From the human T2T-CHM13v2.0 reference genome, Homo sapiens: DNA of 64,000 nucleotides. The notes beneath the pieces are model-generated. The model did not search any database. It saw only the letters and a program-made list of their open reading frames with translations, and had not been told where the DNA came from. A program made the translations under genes and the position numbers. The DNA lies in assembly GCF_009914755.1 (NCBI RefSeq), contig NC_060928.1, one strand, 5' to 3'. How positions within the stretch are numbered: position 1 is the stretch's first letter; every line of letters begins with the position of its first letter. Shown here one piece after another: positions 56,422 to 64,000 of this stretch.

Positions 56422-56854
56422 GTTATTATTGTTCTTAATCTCCAGCTTGAAACTAGACATCTTTTCTCCTTGTTTGTCATGGGTACACTCTGACATTTCA
56501 GTTCAAAGTCACCCATCTCTATCAGAATCTGCCAGCTCCTAGTTCCTCTGTTTCAAACCTGCAGCAATGTTCTGCCAGCATTTTGTCAGTCACTTTATTC
56601 AAATAACTTATGTTAGTAGCAGGGCTGCAATATCTATTGCAGTTTCATTACAGAAACTTAAGATGAGAAAGCAGAAATTCAAGGAAAACTGAAAAGTTTC
56701 CTGCCTGGTGGTGACTAAAGTTACCCTGAAGCAAACAAAATTGGACTAAGACATACTGTCTGGGGGTCCACGCTTCTTTCCTTATGAATTCAGTTTTAGA
56801 AACAGTGGAGAATGGCTGCCAATTTAAAGGCACCAGAGAGTAGGAATGTGTATT

Positions 56855-57035
56855 CAAGCCAGACTGTCTGAGTTCAAATCCTTGCTGGGTCAGTCAATTT
56901 CCATGTGATCTTAGGCAAGCTGTATAATTCTTTGGGCCTTGGTTTTCCCATTTGTAAAATGGAGATAATAATAGTTTATATCTCATAGCTTTGCTGTGAG
57001 GATTTAATAAGTTAACATTTGTGTTTAGCACAGCA
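56855..57035 (+). mobile_element. MIR
   Basis: agccagactgtctgagttcaaatcc...atcttaggcaag...catttgtaaaatggagataataatag. Confidence 0.8.
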
Positions 57036-58189
57036 CTGGAGAAATAGCAGATTGGAGGAACTACAGAAGTCCTAACTAATACTGTTGTGGTTCTGAAAAA
57101 GCAGCAACTTGAGGAGCTCTTGAAAACCTAAATAGTATTTAAGGCCAAGAGTATCTGTCTATTGTCAGGATCACCAGAAAAAAATGTGAGAAGCAACTTC
57201 GAGGTAATGCTGCATTTCAGCATGCTTTACCCCGAATGGAAATGTAGAGAACCCAGGCAGGCCATGTTTTCCAAAGAGCAGGGGATCAACTTGTTCTTGA
57301 TGGGAGGTTTAAATCTTAGTAAAACCATAAATAAGGCCACAGTCATGGACTTTGAACACTAAATCAGATGAAATAACTTGTAACTTCTTCCATGTAATCA
57401 CAAAAGCTAGAAAATAAATTATTAGTAATTTATTTTAAAGATGATTGCCCAATTGACATTGTTTTTGAAAAAAGATATTAAAAATTTATTAAACTATAAT
57501 TTTATTGTTAATTATTTGAATTCAGGAAGATTATTATGGTCACTTCTATGAGATTTAGTTAATCTCCACTTCTTTCTACCCTGTAATTTTATTAGTTATC
57601 TTAAGACAGTTTCAAATTATTTCATCAATCTTCATCTTTGCTTTTAATTTATGCAGCAGAATTTACTTGTTCATTGGTATGAGTAATTTTCAATATTTTG
57701 CCAAACAGCCTGTGGCAACTGAAAACACAAGTTGCATACATTAGACTTTTCTTTTTGAGTGCAATGCAACAAAAACAAATTATGTTGCAAACCCAACTTC
57801 ATTGAACTGCAGGCACTCATAACTAATTAAAAATACTTTTAAAACATCTGTATTTATGAAAACAAATTTGACCAACATATTTGGGAGGCAAATAGTAGAG
57901 CAAAGCATATCTTATGACTATAATAATTTTTAGTTGTACTTTACTGTTATTTATGTTTTTTATCTCCCTACTCTGACAAAATGCTTTATATATCATTTAG
58001 TCCATCTTGTTCTAGAACCTACTATAGTTGAAACCCAATAAACAGTTGTAGACCAATTTTCTTACTGTTATATACTCAGATTATGCCTTAAGTTCACCCT
58101 ACAAGTAAACTTTCCGTCAATTTCATAGTGTTGTGAAAACTCTCTAGTAGCTCAGAACGTTCTTGGTGGTCTCAATATATTAAAAGTAT

Positions 58190-58820
58190 GCAGTCAGATA
58201 CTGATGGCCCTGAGTCCTGCAGACAGCTAACAAAGCTGAAGCCCACAGGCTAGTGAGCACCAGCTGAGAGCACTTTCTATAGAGTTTGTGGGCAGTCCAA
58301 GAGAGACAGGATCTGAGATGTGATGATATGTCCTCTGGCAGCAGCAATATCTGATATTGAGCTCTGCTAGGTGGTGCTGAGCGTGGACACCTGCTTCCTT
58401 CACCGGCTGCAGAGAACACAGTATCCATTAAAGGAGCTGAAAGAGGTGCTAGAGGAGTTTACATGGCAGGAGTCCAGGAAGCTCTGCAACAGTCCAAAAT
58501 GAGGTTGGGACACATGATACACTTGTTCATCCCTATTCTCTATCTTCACACATATGCATATCAGTCCTTCCGTGGCTGCTATATTCTTGTGGTGAGATCC
58601 AAACCAGCTGCAGTCTTGCTCTCCCAGTGCATGCTCATTCTGCAAATCAGAGCTTCAATGTATTGCTATGAAAAATTCTGACTGGTCTTGAAATCCATTG
58701 ACACCATCACAAGAAAATTCAACATGACATCGTCATGAACAGAAATGGATGATGGCTTCATATTCTTAAATATAATTTCCAACTATGGTGAAATTTTGAA
58801 TGGTTGTAAAAACTGTTTTT
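58190..58820 (+). pseudogene. Possible decayed processed-pseudogene fragment, parent unidentified
   Basis: GC-richer, codon-like island in very AT-rich flanks; broken frames such as DIELC*VVLSVDTCFLHRLQRTQYPLKELKEVLEEF; matches no repeat I recognise. Confidence 0.3.
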
Positions 58821-59740
58821 GCATTTTTATACCTCACTTATTTTGTTAATGGAGACTATCTAGAGTTTGATGTAATTCTCATCAAAAAGTCCATCAGTAA
58901 TTATTTCAAATATAAAACTGATATCAAAAAATTGAGTTAATGAAAATAAACTCAAATTTTTCATAAAAATATGAAATTATATTATACGGAACTTTATGTA
59001 CATGGAAAGTGAATAATTTCTATTATTTTTCTATTTGATATTTATCATATTTATGTAATTAAAAACATAATTAAATTTTAAACTAAATTAAACTGCGCTC
59101 CAGGAAGACATCATTTTCTCTGAACCATGACTCTGAAAATTTGGAAAGCACCGTACAAGAGGGATTTTCAGTGATTCACAAGAGTGCAAGATTCTGCAAA
59201 GTACTTTCAAAACTAAGCGTGAGATCTTTGCTACTGCCTTTATGGCATGCAAATCACTCAGCCTCAACTCAGTTCCTTCCTCCAATGTAAAAATACTACA
59301 AGAACAACATCTCACGCTTCCATCAAATGGGACCATGTGTGATATTTTACACTGGACTACACAATAGGCTGGAAAAGTGATCCGCAGAGAGGCTCATTGC
59401 TCTAAGTTCACTCCCTGTACCAACTGTCTTGCACAAAGCTGCCACCCGGGTGTCTTCTTCCAACATTTCCCCTAGTTGGACTTCAAAGTTTCCTTCTTGC
59501 AGCCTGTGCGGGGACCAAGAGGCCGGTCTAGAGTAGCCGCCCAGCATCCAGATCCGACATCCTTTTCCCTTTCCTCAGGAAGACTTGGATGCGCGCCAGC
59601 CCAGCCCGGGTCTCCAGGTTCAGCTGCGGAAGCTTCCCACATGGTGCCCGTCGCTTGGGATGCGGCTATCCTTGTGCCTTCTCTGCAGGTGTCCCGGCAG
59701 GTAGAGGAGGAGACCGGTGGCTGGTGTTCCTGCAGGGCGG

Positions 59741-59753
59741 GGCTGGGGCTCCT
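59741..59753 (+). promoter_or_regulatory. IL15: Upstream NF-kB-like element (ggctggggctcct)
   Basis: Resembles, from recall, the reported human IL15 kB probe; imperfect consensus match. Confidence 0.45.
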
Positions 59754-59922
59754 CGATGTCCTTGCGCTTGCCCTGCAAGTTCTGCGCCCCAGGCCCCGGC
59801 AGGGACGGAAACAGGCCGGGAAGCAGTGACACCTGGGGCAGTCAGTCATCCAGGAGCCGCCGCCACCCGCCCCACCCCCAGTCTCCGCGGGAGGTGTTTG
59901 TCTTCGCCTATGCTCCCGGCTC

Positions 59923-59944
59923 TTTCTCTTTCACTTTTCTTTTC
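59923..59944 (-). promoter_or_regulatory. IL15: IRF-E/ISRE immediately upstream of the TSS
   Basis: tttctctttcacttttcttttc reads GAAAAGAAAAGTGAAAGAGAAA on the minus strand (tandem GAAA cores); IL15 is an established IRF1 target. Confidence 0.88.
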
Positions 59945-59951
59945 GCCAGGG

Positions 59952-60104
59952 GTTGGGACTCCGGGTGGCAGGCGCCCGGGGGAATCCCAGCTGACTCGCT
60001 CACTGCCTTCGAAGTCCGGCGCCCCCCGGGAGGGAACTGGGTGGCCGCACCCTCCCGGCTGCGGTGGCTGTCGCCCCCCACCCTGCAGCCAGGACTCGAT
60101 GGAG
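59952..60104 (+). other. IL15: IL15 non-coding exon 1 (short form), donor GAG/gtacag
   Basis: gttgggactccgggtggcaggcgcccgggggaatccc...ccaggactcgatggag matches my recollection of the IL15 mRNA 5' end; GT at 60105; upstream AUG at 60099. Confidence 0.9.
59979..59988 (+). promoter_or_regulatory. IL15: Consensus NF-kB site GGGGAATCCC in exon 1
   Basis: Matches GGGRNWYYCC. Confidence 0.65.
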
Positions 60105-61334
60105 GTACAGAGCTCGGCTTCTTTGCCTTGGGAGGGGAGTGGTGGTGGTTGAAAGGGCGATGGAATTTTCCCCGAAAGCCTACGCCCAGGGCCCCTCCCA
60201 GCTCCAGCGTTACCCTCCGGTCTATCCTACTGGCCGAGCTGCCCCGCCTTCTCATGGGGAAAACTTAGCCGCAACTTCAATTTTTGGTTTTTCCTTTAAT
60301 GACACTTCTGAGGCTCTCCTAGCCATCCTCCCGCTTCCGGAGGAGCGCAGATCGCAGGTCCCTTTGCCCCTGGCGTGCGACTCCCTACTGCGCTGCGCTC
60401 TTACGGCGTTCCAGGCTGCTGGCTAGCGCAAGGCGGGCCGGGCACCCCGCGCTCCGCTGGGAGGGTGAGGGACGCGCGTCTGGCGGCCCCAGCCAAGCTG
60501 CGGGTTTCTGAGAAGACGCTGTCCCGCAGCCCTGAGGGCTGAGTTCTGCACCCAGTCAAGCTCAGGAAGGCCAAGAAAAGGTACCGCAGCTCCCCACTTC
60601 CTAACTGCTCCCGTCCCAAACTCATTGTGGGCCGGTGCAGATGTCTGTGCGTGCGCGTCTATCCCTACCTTTGCAAAATCAAATTATCGCCCTCTTCTTT
60701 GCTTGCACACGTCTTCTGGGAGAGAAATTTGCAGGAATGGTCAGTGCTTGGCAGTCAGGCCTGGGTCTGTATTGGTTCCAACTCTGCGCCAGCCAGTTAT
60801 CTCTTAGAGAAGCGATAGTGTATCTAGAATGTCGAAGGAACTTGGAAAAAATACGAGCGAATTTCACTGAAATAAAATCATTATTCAAGGTGGCTTTTAA
60901 ATGAAAATCCAGCCAATTTTTTCAAGTGTTATTAAGACCGCATGTAGCAAGGGTATATAGTTCATTTGACTTTATGTAATTCCATGCATTAAAAACTATG
61001 TTGACTTCAAAGTATGTCTAAACCAAACTAATTCTTAAATGATGCTTACAACAGATTCTTAAATAGGATGAGTCAGCAATTTCAAAACTGGAAGTAAAGT
61101 GGTGGTCACCAGCTAGTTTCCATTATATATTTTTAAACTACTATCTAATATTATGATACTGGTGGTGGCCAACTAAGTGGACGTCATCCTTATCTTGTCA
61201 GTGTGGTGAAAGAGGCCATATTAGCTAGGCTGAATTTTTGCTCAGGTATTACAGAATAAACTGGTGATTATGCATCCTGCCATGTAGAGGTTATAAGGTG
61301 AACCATTCTACTGAAAGCATCAAGATACAATACA

Positions 61335-61448
61335 CTTTTGGAAGGCCGAGGCGAGAGGATAGCTTGAGACCAGGAGTTCCAGTTTATAGTGAGCTATATG
61401 ATCTGCCACTGCACTCCAGCCTGTCAAAAAATAAATAAATGAATAAAA
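61335..61448 (+). mobile_element. 5'-truncated FLAM/Alu monomer
   Basis: cttttggaaggccgaggcgagaggatagcttgag...gcactccagcctg plus A tail; 13-bp TSD aagatacaataca/aagatataataca. Confidence 0.85.
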
Positions 61449-62394
61449 AAGATATAATACAGGTTAAATTTTTAAACTCCTGTTGTTTTCGTGTGAAGTA
61501 ATGTGGCCAACAGAGCAAGGAAATACATGGGAAGGAACATAAAGACATATAAAGAGAAGAACTGAAAATACAGCAAAAGCCATTTAGATTTAAAAAGTGA
61601 AGAAAAAGCTAGTTTTGCTTAAAGTTAACAAGTATCATAGAGATCTTAAGGTTTGTTATGATTGTCTTAGTTTCGGGTCCTTATTCGTGTAAAATTCTCA
61701 CAGAATTTTAGTCAATCAGAAAAGTCTCTCCTGCAGTATCATCTGCTTTGCAACAGTGACAGAGAAGGGTCAGTTGACCATTGGTCTGGAACTTCTGATA
61801 GGCAGGGTGTTCCCATACTTTTGGTTTCACTGTTCCTTGCTGATTTGGAGTGGCAACTCCAGAACCTGATTGGAAGCTATAGTTCTGGTTGGAATTTTCC
61901 TGCAGACTACTGGTGATTAAAATGATGCTCTTTTGTTTTAATCCATGAAATTAATGTAGCCAATGTCAACAGCTATATTGCAAGGCACAATGTTTATAAA
62001 TTTCCTTGGGGGATGGAGAAAACAGTGGTTTAAGGTTTATCGAAATAGATTTTGGAAGTGGAAGGTTTTAAAGCCTACGGGATACTCCATCTCAGATTTG
62101 CTGCCTCTGATGAATTTCAGGACAGCTAGAAGAGCAGCCCTGAAATGCTGGGTACATGTGGATTTTTCTCAGGAAAATATCCGTAACTTTGATCAGCTTT
62201 TTAAATGGGTCTCTGACCCAAAAGAGTTTTAAATCTTTTGAAAATATAGACTACTGTCCTTTTCCCCTCATCTCTCCTGGAGTTTAATGTTGAGTTCTGC
62301 TCATTGTGTTAACTATTTTTCTGAAGGTTAGCTGATCATAATACAGAGTTCTGTCTTCAGACCTATAACTTAAGTTATGAGAAACAGTATGAAT

Positions 62395-62565
62395 AATAAC
62401 TAACATTGTTGAGTTCTTATTATGTATCAGACATTGTTCTAAGGATGTATTTTTTAAAAACATCGTAATAAACTTATGTGGTAGGCAATATATTTTACAG
62501 CTGAGGAAATTATCAAGGTCACAGAGCTAGAAAGTGGTAGAGTTGGAATTCCAACTGAGACAAGT
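62395..62565 (-). mobile_element. MIR
   Basis: gttgagttcttattatgtatcagacattgttctaag...ttttacagctgaggaaatt...aaggtcacagagctagaaagtggtagag. Confidence 0.75.
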
Positions 62566-63299
62566 TTAAGACTGGTGGTATTTATGGAGGATGGTATTAT
62601 TTGCATACAAATATTTCGTACAATTTGACAGTGATAATCCCTACTTATTTTCAGGCAGCGTTGTAATGGTAGAATGCCGGTTTTAAAGTAATGTTTGTAT
62701 GGTACTTGTGCAATTGACATTATTATATATTTAAAGATTATCTTTATAATCAAATAATATTCATTTGAGTGTCAAATATGTGTTTGGTATATTGGAGAAA
62801 TTTCCTTTATGGTCCCTGAATGAAAACATTTGTCTAATCTGCATCACTTTCTGCTGAAAGAGCCTGACAAATAGTAGGCAAATGTGGATTGATCTAGATA
62901 TCTGTCTCTGCCTATCTATGTATCCCTTCTTCCATACAACTAGAAGTCTGGGATTCATGGAGAGGTCAGAGAAGAAGAGTTTCCCATAATATCCCAACTG
63001 GAGATGATATAGTTAACTATTTGGGACATCCTCTCTTCAGAAGGCATTATGGTAGAAGGTTTGGCAAGAAGCCACTTCTTTTGCTCGATATTAGCTCTTT
63101 GATTTACTTACCCGTTGATTACAGTAACTGCATGAGACTACTGACACTGAACATTGCTTAAATACTTGCTGCTGTCCTATAGGAATGGGTTGGATGGAAA
63201 AATTCCATAGAGGAGTTGAAGGAAAAATTGTTATTTTAGTGAGTACTGGAATGCACTAACACCTATTTGATGGTAAATTTCACTAATTAAATACTATCA

Positions 63300-63382
63300 A
63301 CTATATGTCTATATGTGTGCATATATGACTATATGTGTATATATACTGTGTATGTGCATATATGTGTGTGTATGTATATATT
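63300..63382. repeat. Degenerate (TATG)n/(TA)n simple repeat
   Basis: Seen directly. Confidence 0.8.
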
Positions 63383-64000
63383 GTACTGTACTATTTGTTA
63401 ACAGCTGTGGGCAGACAAGGTTTACTTTTTACTCAGCTTCCAGACTGTATTGAATATATAAACATAAGAAGCTAAGAAATCTTGACAGAAAGCCTGAAGG
63501 ACAAATTATTGTTATTAACAGTGCCATTCCAGTAGGAACCTAATGTGAATTTGAAAGTTTCAAAGAGGAAGCCTCTGCTATGTTTCAGCCACCATACTGG
63601 CACTTCATCTGTATGTCCTCATTGAATTTGAATAACCATTGCATTTTTATCCTGAATTTACAAAGAAAAAAAAAAAAAGACATGCAGAGTTTTGCTTGCA
63701 TTAGGACACAACTAGGTAAGACAGACACTCCACTGAGATTTATCTTGATTCTAATGTTAATGCTCCTTTTCGGATATCATATGCATTCTCTTCTAAGAAA
63801 ACTCAGGTGTTCAGTGTACTGACAACTAAAATGCTGCTATCCTTACCTTGAAATAGACCCTGGTCACCATTTGGGGTGATTTAATGCTATTTATGAATTT
63901 GCCTATGTCAAAGAATATTGCCCTTTTTTAAACAAACAAAAAAAAAAGTTGTTTAGTGCTGGAGTCAGAAAGAGGAGAAAAAGAGGCTCTTTAATCTCAG

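Larger units (their letters stand above)
59952..60580 (+). other. IL15: IL15 extended exon 1 (alternative 5' splice site AAG/gtaccg)
   Basis: ...ctcaggaaggccaagaaaag followed by GT at 60581; recalled from a long-5'UTR IL15 variant. Confidence 0.75.
59440..60720. promoter_or_regulatory. IL15: CpG island / IL15 promoter
   Basis: Abrupt rise in GC and CpG density; GC box gggcgggg 59735-59742; no obvious TATA box; contains the recognised IL15 exon 1. Confidence 0.92.
60581..64000 (+). other. IL15: IL15 intron 1 (continues beyond the window)
   Basis: No downstream IL15 exon (recalled start aatccattccaatatatggcc) or coding sequence found in the window. Confidence 0.8.

Noticed and set aside
59472-60268. 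Long ORFs (115-187 aa) on both strands of the CpG island
   Set aside because: Expected in GC-rich DNA; most start upstream of the TSS or at non-ATG codons; none resembles IL15 protein, whose coding exons lie outside the window.

Overview
Primate, almost certainly human, genomic DNA. About 59.5 kb of repeat-dense, gene-free sequence is followed by a CpG island that I recognise from memory as the promoter and non-coding first exon of IL15 (interleukin-15, + strand; exon starts ~59952, alternative splice donors after 60104 and 60580), then the start of intron 1. No intact protein-coding sequence is present: the ORF track is explained by decayed L1, Tigger2, LTR12 and Alu sequence, microsatellites and the GC-rich island. 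The upstream region is nested L1 (L1PB, L1MA, L1M), L2, MIR, Alu, MaLR/ERVL/ERV1 LTRs, two divergent LTR12 (ERV9) solo LTRs, a Tigger2 and a rearranged MER4 provirus. I do not see a new multi-gene system. The most unusual structures are (1) a 155-bp near-identical copy of local unique DNA inside a (TA)n tract of an L1, (2) a MER4 provirus with inverted LTRs and a hairpin junction, apparently bounded by one TSD, (3) a sense LTR12 with six CCAAT boxes aimed at IL15, (4) a strong-Kozak 88-aa uORF and a composite kB/GAS motif in the extended IL15 exon 1, and (5) an unidentified coding-like island 1.2-1.8 kb upstream of the TSS. Repeat subfamily names come from recalled consensus sequences, not a database search.
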